Shown: positions 48,526-57,664 of the stretch, piece by piece | Position numbering within the stretch: position 1 is the stretch's first letter | Layout of the letters: every line of letters begins with the position of its first letter | NCBI GenBank assembly: GCA_041674805.1 | Contig: JBAYVA010000002.1 | Coordinates: 184,294-248,293, forward strand | Reading direction: 5' to 3' | DNA: 64,000 nt | Source: Candidatus Magasanikiibacteriota bacterium | Lineage (GTDB): Bacteria > Patescibacteriota > Patescibacteriia > Magasanikbacterales > UBA922 | Translations under genes and position numbers: made by a program | Notes under the pieces: model-generated | Seen by the model: the letters and a program-made list of their open reading frames with translations, nothing else | Told to the model about the DNA's origin: nothing | Database searches by the model: none

Positions 48526-49368
48526 ATGTCAAATAAATTACAAAATTTTTTTTTGGCAATCTTGTTTATTCTTGTTTTGGTTTTGACTTTTTGGTTAGTT
48601 ACTGTTTTGATTTGGAACAATATTTTGGTAAAAAATTTGGAAAATAAAAATGATGCAAATTCTAATTTAGAAGATGTAGTTGCTTGTACGATGGATGCTA
48701 AGATGTGTCCTGATGGTTCTTATGTTGCTAGAGTAGCGCCTGACTGTGAATTTGAAGCTTGTCCTGAAGAAGAAACAAATATTGATAAAGATTCTGGATT
48801 TTTACCAGAAGATAATACTACTTTTGAAAATCAAAATATGATGAATTGGTATGAAAATAAACCATTATCTTTTGATAATCTTGATTGGCAAGAAATTACA
48901 AGATCTGATGGTGTAAAATTCATAGCTCCTATACATGCACCTTTCTTTAATTGGTCACCAGAAGTAAAAATATCCAAAGGAAAATTGAATTGTCCTATAT
49001 CAGATATTCCTTCAAATAGTCCTGCACCTCATTTTGTTGAAAAAAATATTGGAGATAAAAAATACTGTTTATATGTCTATGGGGAAGGTGCGGCAGGAAC
49101 TTCTTATAGTAGTAGTTTATATATCACTGAGGTTGAAGAGGGACTTTTAGTAGAAATACCTGTTGTAGTATCACATACTAATTGTGGAGTTTATGGGGAT
49201 GAAGATATTGAAAAATGTGAGATTGGACAAAAATCCTGGAATAATTTTATGGAAGCAAATTTAGATAATTTTATAAATAAAATAATAAATAGTATAGAAA
49301 TTCCAAACAATATTAAAGCTGATTTTCCTGAATATAATATACAGGAGTTTATAATTAATAATTTTTAA
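48526..49368 (+). CDS. Membrane-anchored Cys-motif protein (paralog 1)
   Basis: TM anchor; CTMDAKMCPDGSYVARVAPDCEFEACP; YC...EGAAG. Confidence 0.7.
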   Translation: MSNKLQNFFLAILFILVLVLTFWLVTVLIWNNILVKNLENKNDANSNLEDVVACTMDAKMCPDGSYVARVAPDCEFEACPEEETNIDKDSGFLPEDNTTFENQNMMNWYENKPLSFDNLDWQEITRSDGVKFIAPIHAPFFNWSPEVKISKGKLNCPISDIPSNSPAPHFVEKNIGDKKYCLYVYGEGAAGTSYSSSLYITEVEEGLLVEIPVVVSHTNCGVYGDEDIEKCEIGQKSWNNFMEANLDNFINKIINSIEIPNNIKADFPEYNIQEFIINNF

Positions 49369-49373
49369 AAAAC

Positions 49374-50081
49374 ATGAATATGAATGAAAAAAAATCATGG
49401 TTAATTATAATTTTGGTTTTTGTGATGTTAGTCGTGGCTACTTTTGTTGTAATTTTTATTTTATTTAAAGATTCTTGGTTTGAATCACAATCCAATAATC
49501 CAAATAACAATAATGAAGATAATACAGTTTATTGCACTGCTGACGCCAAGATGTGTCCTGATGGTTCTTATGTTGGTAGAGTAGCACCTGACTGTGAATT
49601 TGAAGCTTGTCCTGAAGTAATTAGTAGTTCTACCAATGAGGGTTTCTTGCCAGAAGTAAATAACAGTTTTGATGCTGTAATTTGGGAAGAAGTAAACAAA
49701 AATAATTTAATTTATCAAGTACCAAAAGAAATTGGTGGTTTCAATTTTGTAAAATTAAACGATTTCCCAACAGAGGTAAAATTATTAGATGAAAAATTTT
49801 CTTGTGAAGAAGAAGGTGATACAAAAAAAATAATTAATAGTACAACATATTGTGTAAATGTTTTTTCTGAAGGTGCTGCTGGTAGTATATTTGATACTTA
49901 TAATTACACTACATCTTTTTCTGATAACAAAGTATTAGAAATTGTGTTTACTGTAATTTTTCCACAATGTATGAATTATGATGGTTTGAGAGCAGAAGAT
50001 TGTATTCAAGAAGAAAAAGATTTTAATATAGATTATTTGATAGGTAGAGTTGCAAAAAGTGTAAATGAAGTTAGTAACTAA
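49374..50081 (+). CDS. Membrane-anchored Cys-motif protein (paralog 2)
   Basis: TM anchor; CTADAKMCPDGSYVGRVAPDCEFEACP; YC...EGAAG. Confidence 0.7.
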   Translation: MNMNEKKSWLIIILVFVMLVVATFVVIFILFKDSWFESQSNNPNNNNEDNTVYCTADAKMCPDGSYVGRVAPDCEFEACPEVISSSTNEGFLPEVNNSFDAVIWEEVNKNNLIYQVPKEIGGFNFVKLNDFPTEVKLLDEKFSCEEEGDTKKIINSTTYCVNVFSEGAAGSIFDTYNYTTSFSDNKVLEIVFTVIFPQCMNYDGLRAEDCIQEEKDFNIDYLIGRVAKSVNEVSN

Positions 50082-50163
50082 ATAATTTTTTTCAAAATAA
50101 AAATCACCATAGATTGAATGGTGATTTTTTATTGATTATTTTTTTTGTTGGGGATAAGTAGTT

Positions 50164-50193
50164 ATTGCGATTTTGTCGCAGTTGTGTTATTAT
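50164..50193 (+). promoter_or_regulatory. Candidate Zur/Fur operator overlapping promoter
   Basis: Palindrome ATTGCGA-TTTTG-TCGCAGT overlapping TTGCGA-17-TATTAT. Confidence 0.55.
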
Positions 50194-50203
50194 AACTTTG
50201 ACT

Positions 50204-50581
50204 ATGAAAAGTATTATCACACAACTTACTCAAGCTGGCTACAAATGTACTAAGCCTAGAAAAGAGGTTTTGGATTTTTTGGAAAAAAATCATCATGCTA
50301 TTTCTGCTCAAGATTTGCACAAACAAATTTCCAAAGTAGATAGAGCCTCTGTTTATCGCACTTTAAATTTGTTGGAAGAATTGGGGATAGTCAATATTGA
50401 AAATTTTAATAATGAAAAATTGTATTGTTTGTCAGCTGAACCTCATCATCATATCATTTGCAAAAAATGTGGGTTTAGTGAGGAAGTACCTTGTACTTAT
50501 GAACATTATAATTTTAGTAATTTTAGTAATGTACAACATCAGATGACTTTGACCGGTGTTTGTAATAAATGTAATAAATAA
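50204..50581 (+). CDS. Fur-family regulator, probably Zur
   Basis: TKPRKEVL, SVYRTLNLL, HHHIICKKCG, GVCNKC; heads a metal ABC operon. Confidence 0.88.
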   Translation: MKSIITQLTQAGYKCTKPRKEVLDFLEKNHHAISAQDLHKQISKVDRASVYRTLNLLEELGIVNIENFNNEKLYCLSAEPHHHIICKKCGFSEEVPCTYEHYNFSNFSNVQHQMTLTGVCNKCNK

Positions 50582-50586
50582 AAAAT

Positions 50587-51510
50587 ATGTTGAAAAAAAT
50601 ATTTTTGTCTGTCGTTTTGTTTTTTGCTGTAACTCTTTTTTTAGGTGGTTGTAGTTTGCAAAATTCTTCTGAAGATACAAAAAATAGTGAACAAAAAATA
50701 AAAGTAGCTGCTAGTATTTTTCCTTTATATGATATAACAAAAGAAATTGCGGGAGATAAAATTGATGTTAGTTTGATTCTTCCTCCTGGCGCTAGCCCTC
50801 ACACTTTCGAAGTTTCAGCTTCTCAAATAAAAAAATTACAGGGTGTAAAATTGTTTTTTGTTATTGGTCAAAATTTGGATGCTTGGGTAGAAAATATTTC
50901 TTCAACAATCTCAGACTCGAAAACTGTTGATTTGAGTATGGTAGTAGAATTGCAACAACTAGATGAGAATAATCCAAATCATAGACCTGATGAAGAAGAT
51001 GAAGGTTTAGATCCTCACTATTGGCTAAGTCCAAAAAATATTTATACTGTATCTGAAGAAATTTTGAATCAATTGGTATTATTATCTCCAGAAAATGAAA
51101 GTTACTTTTTGGGTAATTATAATAATTTTGTAAATCAATTGCAGACCAAAGATGTCGAGTGGCAAGAAAAGATGAATAGTTTGACTAACAAAAATATTGT
51201 AGTATTTCATGATGCTTGGGGCTATTTTGCGGATCATTTTGGTTTGACTGTTGTTGGTACTTTTGAACCTTTTCCTGGACAAGAGCCTACTCCTCAATAT
51301 TTGAAAGAATTACAAGCTTCTGTCAAAGAATATAATATTAAAGCATTGTTTGCAGAACCACAGTTGTCTCAAGATTCTATCAAGACTTTAGCTAAAGATT
51401 TGGGAGTAGATATAAAAGTTTTGGATCCTACTGGTGGTGTAGAAGGACGTGCTAGTTATATTGAGATGATGGATTTTAATGTGAATAATGTATTTGATTT
51501 ATTAAAATAA
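50587..51510 (+). CDS. znuA: Zn/Mn ABC transporter substrate-binding lipoprotein
   Basis: Lipobox LGGC; PPGASPHTFE, DPHYWLSP, FHDAWGYF. Confidence 0.9.
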   Translation: MLKKIFLSVVLFFAVTLFLGGCSLQNSSEDTKNSEQKIKVAASIFPLYDITKEIAGDKIDVSLILPPGASPHTFEVSASQIKKLQGVKLFFVIGQNLDAWVENISSTISDSKTVDLSMVVELQQLDENNPNHRPDEEDEGLDPHYWLSPKNIYTVSEEILNQLVLLSPENESYFLGNYNNFVNQLQTKDVEWQEKMNSLTNKNIVVFHDAWGYFADHFGLTVVGTFEPFPGQEPTPQYLKELQASVKEYNIKALFAEPQLSQDSIKTLAKDLGVDIKVLDPTGGVEGRASYIEMMDFNVNNVFDLLK

Positions 51511-51520
51511 TATTTGGAAG

Positions 51521-51613
51521 TTCCCCTCCTATTAGGAGGGGCTAGGGGAAGTATAGAGTAATATAAAACGTTTTATTCAAAGATGGACCCCCTCTAACTC
51601 CCCCTAATAAGGA
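51521..51613. repeat. REP-like doublet element (reverse copy of 36866-36966)
   Basis: CCCCTCCTATTAGGAGGGGCTAGGGGA...TTCAAAGATGGACCCCCTCTAACTCCCCCTAATA. Confidence 0.8.
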
Positions 51614-51630
51614 AAAAATAATAAAAAAGT

Positions 51631-52350
51631 ATGTTAATAAAAGTACAAAACCTATCCTACAAATTCAACGATTTCACAGCCTTGGAAAATGTGTCTTTTG
51701 AAATTGCCAAAGGAGAGATTGTGGCTATCATTGGTCCAAATGGCAGTGGTAAGACTACTTTGATAAAAAATATTATAGGAGTTTTGGAACCAACTGAAGG
51801 AAGTGTGATGATTGATGGCAAAAAACCAAAAGAAATAAGACACAAAATTGGTTATGTGCCACAAAAATTTGAATTCGATAAAACAATTCCTATCAGTGTT
51901 CATGAATTCATGAGTCTAGAAAAATGTGGCAAAAAAGGTCATGATGAAAAAAATATTATAGAAGCTCTAAGAGAAGTTGGTTTGGAAGATGTGGAAGAAA
52001 AACAATTGGGTAGTTTGTCTGGTGGTCAATTTCAACGAGTTATGATTGCTCGGGCACTGCTTCATGAAAAAGAAATCTTAATTTTTGATGAGCCTTCTAC
52101 GGGAATAGACATTGCTGGAGAAAAAACTATTTATGATTTGATAAAAAAAATAAATGAAGAACGTGGTACTACTTGTCTGATTGTTTCTCACGAACTTAAC
52201 GTTGTTAACAAATATACCAAAAAAGTAATTTGTATCAATAAAGAAATGGTTTGTTTTGGAGCACCAGAAATTGTGATTACCAAAGAGACTTTGGAGAAAC
52301 TGTATGGTAGTGATACTGGTTTGTTTCATGCGCATGATCATATTCATTAG
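51631..52350 (+). CDS. znuC: Metal ABC transporter ATP-binding protein
   Basis: GPNGSGKTT, IGYVPQ, LSGGQFQR, His-rich tail. Confidence 0.9.
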   Translation: MLIKVQNLSYKFNDFTALENVSFEIAKGEIVAIIGPNGSGKTTLIKNIIGVLEPTEGSVMIDGKKPKEIRHKIGYVPQKFEFDKTIPISVHEFMSLEKCGKKGHDEKNIIEALREVGLEDVEEKQLGSLSGGQFQRVMIARALLHEKEILIFDEPSTGIDIAGEKTIYDLIKKINEERGTTCLIVSHELNVVNKYTKKVICINKEMVCFGAPEIVITKETLEKLYGSDTGLFHAHDHIH

Positions 52351-52355
52351 TATAG

Positions 52356-52506
52356 TAATCCCGATTCGCTGAAAGACGAAGAGGGATCTGTAGACCCTGT
52401 TAACTTTTATCTATTCAAAAACGTTTTTTAGAATCAATTTCAGGTTTATTAAATAAAAATATTTATACTTAAAAAAGATCCCTCGTCGTATTCTCGACTC
52501 GGGATT
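52356..52506. repeat. Inverted pair of REP-like units (GAGGGATCT ... AGATCCCTC)
   Basis: AATCCCGA...GACGAAGAGGGATCT and AGATCCCTCGTCG...CTCGGGATT. Confidence 0.65.
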
Positions 52507-52518
52507 GTGAGATACTCT

Positions 52519-53340
52519 ATGCTAGAATTCCTACAATATCCCTTCATGATCAGAGCTCTGGTGAGTGGTATTTTTGTTTCCATTTTGCTTGGCTGGCTCG
52601 GTACTTTTGTGGTGACTCGCAAGATGAGTTTTATTGGCGACGGAATTGCTCATGCTTCTTTATCGGGTATTGCCTTGGCTATTTTGCTTGGTTGGGCACC
52701 GATTCCGACAGCTGTAATTTTGGCTAGTATCATCGCTGTAATTATTTATTTTTTGGAAAAGAAAACCAATATATCTAGTGATATGGCTATCGCTATTATG
52801 CTGACGACTGGCATGGCGATTGGTATTATTTTGCTAAGTTTTTATCAAGGTTATCAACCAGAACTAATGAGTTATTTGTTTGGAAATATTTTGGCTATCA
52901 ATAGTTATGATATGTTTTCTATTTTGATTATTGGTTTTTTTGTCTTGTTAATTTTATTTATTTTTTATCGCAAAATTTTGTTTAGTACTTTTGATCCAAT
53001 AGGTGCATATTTAGCTGGTATAAATATTTGGATTTTTGATTTGTTGCTTTATGTTTCGACTGCTGTAGTAATTATTCTTAGTATCAAGCTCGTTGGTGTG
53101 ATTCTGGTGAGTTCATTGCTTGTGACGCCTAGTGCGATTGCTAAAATGTTTGTCAGAAGTTTCAAAGCCTTTACTTGGCTGACTGTATTATTTTCTGTAC
53201 TTATAATTTCTTGTGGTTTGATTTTATCTTACTATCTTGATTTGCCATCTGGTGCGACGATTATTCTCACGGGAACTGGTTTGTTTATTTTGGCGTTTTT
53301 GTTTTCTCTTGCCTTAAAAAATAAAAGCATTAAAACATAG
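52519..53340 (+). CDS. znuB: Metal ABC transporter permease
   Basis: MSFIGDGIAHASLSG, YLFGNIL, DLPSGATI. Confidence 0.9.
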   Translation: MLEFLQYPFMIRALVSGIFVSILLGWLGTFVVTRKMSFIGDGIAHASLSGIALAILLGWAPIPTAVILASIIAVIIYFLEKKTNISSDMAIAIMLTTGMAIGIILLSFYQGYQPELMSYLFGNILAINSYDMFSILIIGFFVLLILFIFYRKILFSTFDPIGAYLAGINIWIFDLLLYVSTAVVIILSIKLVGVILVSSLLVTPSAIAKMFVRSFKAFTWLTVLFSVLIISCGLILSYYLDLPSGATIILTGTGLFILAFLFSLALKNKSIKT

Positions 53341-53345
53341 AAACA

Positions 53346-53379
53346 TTTCACCCTACGGGTGATCAGCCAAAGGCTGAAA
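53346..53379. repeat. Double-hairpin mini-element
   Basis: TTTCACCC-TAC-GGGTGA-TCAGCC-AAA-GGCTGAAA. Confidence 0.65.
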
Positions 53380-53434
53380 AATAATTGAACAAAAAAACAA
53401 CTTTGACGAGTTGTTTTTTTGTTCAAAATAAATT

Positions 53435-53746
53435 TTATTTTATTTGTGCGTAAGCTGTATTTAAACATTTTGAGATATCTAATTTATCAGGGTCATCTCT
53501 ATGTAAATCTGGATGAAATAATTTGATTAATTCTCTATACCTTTTCTTTATTTCATCTTTTGATGATCCTACTGGTATGCCTAATATTATATAAGCATCC
53601 GGTTTTTCTCCATTTTTTAATTGAGATAGATAAGTTAATATTCTTTTTTCTTCTGTTATTTTGTTTTCTCTATCATCATTATTTTCCTCAAGTATACTTT
53701 TTAGTTTTTCCTCTTTTTGAAAAGGGGGAATGTATTGTTCTTGCAT
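53435..53746 (-). CDS. Small J-domain (DnaJ-like) protein
   Basis: YIILGI...EIKKRYRELIKLFHPD...LNTAY. Confidence 0.85.
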   Translation of the reverse strand: MQEQYIPPFQKEEKLKSILEENNDDRENKITEEKRILTYLSQLKNGEKPDAYIILGIPVGSSKDEIKKRYRELIKLFHPDLHRDDPDKLDISKCLNTAYAQIK

Positions 53747-53817
53747 ATTTTTAAGTTATTTATTATTCTAAAAAATTTATTATATAAATATTTTTTTATT
53801 TTGTACTAGCAAAATTA

Positions 53818-55644
53818 TTACAACTTCCAATCCACTGGCAATTTTCCAGTAAAATCAAAATCTCCAAACAAAACATCGGCAACACCTTGTCCTTCACTGC
53901 CGGGGAGCCAAGAGGCTATAATTCCGTCCCAATTTTTGGCATAGTCTTTTATATCTAGTGGACGTCCAGAGACTATTATTACTACTATTTTTTTGCTTTT
54001 TGCTTGTACCTTTTCTATTACCAATAAATCCTCAGGACTTAAAATTGGATTGGCAATATCTCCCCAGCCTTCGGCATAAGGTTTTTCACCGACAATAGCA
54101 ATGCCAACGTCGGCTAGATTATTTGTGGTAGCAAAATTTCCTTCTTTATTATAATCAATTTCAGTATCTTTGGAAATAGTATTTTTGATAGCTTCAAGAA
54201 TGGTCGTGCCCAAAATACCAGCATTGCCATCTATACCTTGCCATTCAGTCGTCCAGCCACCTGCTTGGCGACCCAAATTATCGGCTGATCCACCTGCCAC
54301 GATGATTTTTTTCAATGTTTTGGATAATGGTAATACTGAATTTTTATTTTTTAATAATACTTGAGATTTACGAACTGCTTCTCTGGCTATTGCGCGGTGC
54401 TCTTCACTGCCTATCACGGACAAGCCTTCTGCTAGAGCTTCCGGACGATCGAATAAGCCTGTCTCAAATTTCACGGTCAAAATTCTTTTGACAGCATCGT
54501 CTATGCGCTCTTTTGTGATATCACCATTAGTCACGGCTTTTTGCATATTGGAGATAAAATCTTTGTAATCAAATGGTGTCATCACCATATCGATCCCGGC
54601 GTTCACTGCTCTGACTAATGAATTATATTTATTATTTTCGATGAGATAGACACCGTACCAATCGGAAACTACAAAACCATAAAATTTCATTTCATTTTTT
54701 AGAATTTCTGTCAAAAGATGATAATTGTCAGAGTTTTTGGTATCTTGCCAACTAGCAGTACCTACCATAATGACGCGCGCTCCAGCTGTGATTGCTTTTT
54801 GGAAAGGAGGTAAATGAACTTGACGTAAAGTTTTTTCGTCAATAGTTATATTGCCTTCTTCTATTTGAAAATCTTTATTGCGGGATGTGCCATATATCAT
54901 ATCTCCTCCACCAATAAAATGTTTTGGGTTGGCTAAGACATTGAAATAGCCAGAGGATGAATCTTGTGTACCTTCTAAATAAGCAACTCCCAGTTGCGCG
55001 ACAGTGTCTGTATTTGAGCCAAAAGTTTCGTAGTTTTTGCCCCAACGGATATCTTGGGCAACATCAAGATTGGGAGCAAAATTCCAATAAATTCCTGTCG
55101 CGGCCATTTCATCGGCCGTTGCTTTGGCGACTCGTTTCACTAAATCTGGATCCTGGCTAGCGCCCAAACCAATAGCATGAGGGAAAATGGTAGCTCCAAG
55201 TACATTGCCATGGCCATGGACAGAGTCAATGCCATACAAAAGTGGTATGCCTAGACAAGTATCTTTGGCAGCGTCTTGGAAATTATTTATCATTTGTAAC
55301 CAGGCTAGTGGAGTATCAGTTTTTGGTCCAGCTCCACCACCGCTTAATAATGCTCCTAAATTATATTTGCTAATATCATTAATATTATTGATACTATTTT
55401 TTTCAATCAAAACCATTTGTCCTATTTTTTCTACCTCAGTCATTCTACTCATTAAGTCGGTGACTCTTTCGTCAATTGTTAATTTTGAATTTTGGTAAGG
55501 AAGATTTGTTTGATGACAATTAATATTTTCATTAGTAGGTGATGAAGATGGTAATTTGAGAAAAACAAAAATTGATGTCACAATTAGTAGTGACGGTATA
55601 ATTAAAAAGGTAATCAATTTTGAACGATAAAAATTAGAATTCAT
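53818..55644 (-). CDS. Glycoside hydrolase family 3 beta-glucosidase, N-terminal anchor
   Basis: EKIGQM, GIDSVHG, WGKNYE, KHFIG, GFVVSDW, VGEKPYAEG, WLPGSEG. Confidence 0.93.
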   Translation of the reverse strand: MNSNFYRSKLITFLIIPSLLIVTSIFVFLKLPSSSPTNENINCHQTNLPYQNSKLTIDERVTDLMSRMTEVEKIGQMVLIEKNSINNINDISKYNLGALLSGGGAGPKTDTPLAWLQMINNFQDAAKDTCLGIPLLYGIDSVHGHGNVLGATIFPHAIGLGASQDPDLVKRVAKATADEMAATGIYWNFAPNLDVAQDIRWGKNYETFGSNTDTVAQLGVAYLEGTQDSSSGYFNVLANPKHFIGGGDMIYGTSRNKDFQIEEGNITIDEKTLRQVHLPPFQKAITAGARVIMVGTASWQDTKNSDNYHLLTEILKNEMKFYGFVVSDWYGVYLIENNKYNSLVRAVNAGIDMVMTPFDYKDFISNMQKAVTNGDITKERIDDAVKRILTVKFETGLFDRPEALAEGLSVIGSEEHRAIAREAVRKSQVLLKNKNSVLPLSKTLKKIIVAGGSADNLGRQAGGWTTEWQGIDGNAGILGTTILEAIKNTISKDTEIDYNKEGNFATTNNLADVGIAIVGEKPYAEGWGDIANPILSPEDLLVIEKVQAKSKKIVVIIVSGRPLDIKDYAKNWDGIIASWLPGSEGQGVADVLFGDFDFTGKLPVDWKL

Positions 55645-55782
55645 GATATTTTTTATATTTTTTTTAGGATTTGATGATAAAGAAAAATAATTTTATTTTA
55701 GCCAAAAGATGCTTGCTAGTCGTATATTATGTCGTCAGTCTTATAACTAGCAAACATAGATAGAACAAACTAATATTGTTTG

Positions 55783-55932
55783 TTATACTATTTTTTGACC
55801 TTTAATCAGTCTTACGAGTACTACGATAACAGCTACTACAAGTAGGATGTGAATGAAACCTCCGATTGTGTAGGAAGTCACTACTCCTAGTAACCATAAG
55901 ACGATTAGAACGATAGCGATAGTCCAAAGCAT
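55783..55932 (-). CDS. lmo0937-family small membrane protein
   Basis: MLWTIAIVLIVLWLLG..TSYTIGGFIHILLVVA. Confidence 0.85.
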   Translation of the reverse strand: MLWTIAIVLIVLWLLGVVTSYTIGGFIHILLVVAVIVVLVRLIKGQKIV

Positions 55933-56193
55933 ATGGGTATGTATTAATGAATTAATTTTTGTAATTACCCCTCTATTTGAGTATAGCATAGAAACGTACT
56001 TATGCCATAGTGTATTTTTTTGAGAAAATTTTTGGATTTAGGTTTCTACTGTTTTTAGGTATTATAAAAAACCTTTGTTTAAAAGGTTTTTTATTATTTC
56101 GTAGGATATTCGCGCATATATAAGTTTTTTGTGCTGTACAATGATTTAGTTTAGTGACTATAAAGATTGAATTGCAAGGTGATGCGTTAATTT

Positions 56194-56481
56194 TTATTTT
56201 TCGAAATCCTGAAAGTAAACATATTCACATTTCATATTTGTTTTTTTCTCAAACTCAGCTATTTCTACTCTTATTTGTCTTAATCCAATCCAAACACACT
56301 GTATTTCATCGATGCCATAAACATAAAATTTTTTTTCGTAGTTAGGACCAGAAATTTTGCATTCACAACGACGATCATCATTTGGTGATTTCGGATCAAG
56401 TTCAGGTTGACCTATTGAAATTTCAATGAAGTCTTTCGTACCTATAAGAGGATATTTAGCTTTTAGATATAGCTTTAACAT
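56194..56481 (-). CDS. Hypothetical protein, probable integron gene cassette
   Basis: ISIGQPE..CECKISG..VYGIDEIQC; lies just after an attC-like site. Confidence 0.65.
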   Translation of the reverse strand: MLKLYLKAKYPLIGTKDFIEISIGQPELDPKSPNDDRRCECKISGPNYEKKFYVYGIDEIQCVWIGLRQIRVEIAEFEKKTNMKCEYVYFQDFEK

Positions 56482-56541
56482 GTTGTGATTTTTTTAAAAA
56501 ACTATTTATTTGTTAATAATGTTACTTTGCTGTTAAATGTT

Positions 56542-56630
56542 ATATAACGTTCGCGTGTATGAGAAGTTTACGAATTACATTTGGGTGGAGATTTTTGAAA
56601 AAAAACGTAACCTTATATATGTTGTTGTGT
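56542..56630 (-). mobile_element. attC-like integron recombination site
   Basis: Minus strand ACACAAC-aacatatataag...cttctcatacacgcgaac-GTTATAT, an imperfect hairpin placed just after a stop codon. Confidence 0.6.
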
Positions 56631-56642
56631 GATGTAACAAAA

Positions 56643-56816
56643 TTATTCGCCAGCCATTGTTCCAAGTAAAAGTAAAAATAATACAACTATCGCACCAATA
56701 GTTACAACTTTTTCATAGATGGAACGTTCTTTCCATGATTTCATAAATTGAATCACTACGAAGTGAATCAGAAGGTAAATCATTATAACTCCTATTACAA
56801 TGTAAAAAATTTCCAT
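56643..56816 (-). CDS. Small 57-aa two-TM protein, probable gene cassette (not in ORF track)
   Basis: MEIFYIVIGVIMIYLLIHFVVIQFMKSWKERSIYEKVVTIGAIVVLFLLLLGTMAGE*. Confidence 0.55.
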   Translation of the reverse strand: MEIFYIVIGVIMIYLLIHFVVIQFMKSWKERSIYEKVVTIGAIVVLFLLLLGTMAGE

Positions 56817-56941
56817 TACAAAAGTTCAAACAAGAAATGAAACTTCGAAGATTTAGCAATAAGACTATAAAAAGCTATCTGTATTATACACAAGAGTGCC
56901 TGCGCTTTGCAAGGACTGTGAATAACTATTTTTTTATTTAA
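56813..56941 (+). pseudogene. N-terminal remnant of an integron-type tyrosine recombinase
   Basis: PLQKFKQEMKLRRFSNKTIKSYLYYTQECLRFA resembles the integrase N-terminal SAM-like domain; truncated. Confidence 0.65.
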
Positions 56942-57055
56942 AGTTCATTTTTATTTTACATTTATCCCCATTTGTTCTAAAATAGAAAAGTAGTTAAACT
57001 ATACGAGTTGTATTTACTAAATTTATTTGATTATATAGTGAAGCTCTTACTTATG

Positions 57056-57090
57056 AAAGATCTTTCGCTGTATTCTCAGCTTAAGATGGC
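57056..57090 (+). repeat. REP-like unit, degenerate direct copy of 57620-57656
   Basis: AAAGATCTTTCGCTGTATTCTCAGCTTAAGATGGC. Confidence 0.6.
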
Positions 57091-57096
57091 AAAAAA

Positions 57097-57531
57097 ATGT
57101 CTCATCCTTTCAAAAAAATGTTAAAAAGTCATTATTGCAAAATTGTTTTTGCTTTCTTTTTTGTACTTAGTTTTTATCTAGTACCACACAAATTGTTTCA
57201 AGGTTTGTACTTGCTTTTGGTAGTCTTGTTTTCGCTTAGTTTTTCGGCTGTGATGACTTGCTTAGTCTTGAATATGAAAGAGAGATACAAGAACGCCAGA
57301 GATGCTGGCAAAAGCGTCCTGGGTATTGTAGCGGCCCTTCTGGGCTTGTCTGCTTTGCAGGTTTGTACGGTTGGTGGAGGATTTTGTGCAATATCACTTG
57401 GTAGCAGTATTGTGGCCACGATTTTCCCTGGTACAGCTTTTCATTTTTTGGGACAACATGCAGTAATTATTATTATTTTATCTATTTTGATTCAGTGGTA
57501 TTCGTTGTATAAGATGAAGTGTTTTAGGTAA
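57097..57531 (+). CDS. Hypothetical multi-TM membrane protein
   Basis: About four hydrophobic segments; VCTVGGGFC. Confidence 0.6.
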   Translation: MSHPFKKMLKSHYCKIVFAFFFVLSFYLVPHKLFQGLYLLLVVLFSLSFSAVMTCLVLNMKERYKNARDAGKSVLGIVAALLGLSALQVCTVGGGFCAISLGSSIVATIFPGTAFHFLGQHAVIIIILSILIQWYSLYKMKCFR

Positions 57532-57619
57532 GCAGAGACAGCAGAAACAGCTGTCAGCAGATACAGCAGATTCAGTTGTTTATCTCAATGTATCTCTATT
57601 TTATCTCAATTTTATTTAA

Positions 57620-57656
57620 GAAAGATCCCTCGCTGTATCCTCAGCTCGGGATGACG
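57620..57656 (+). repeat. REP-like unit
   Basis: GAAAGATCCCTCGCTGTATCCTCAGCTCGGGATGAC. Confidence 0.65.
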
Positions 57657-57664
57657 GAAAAATT

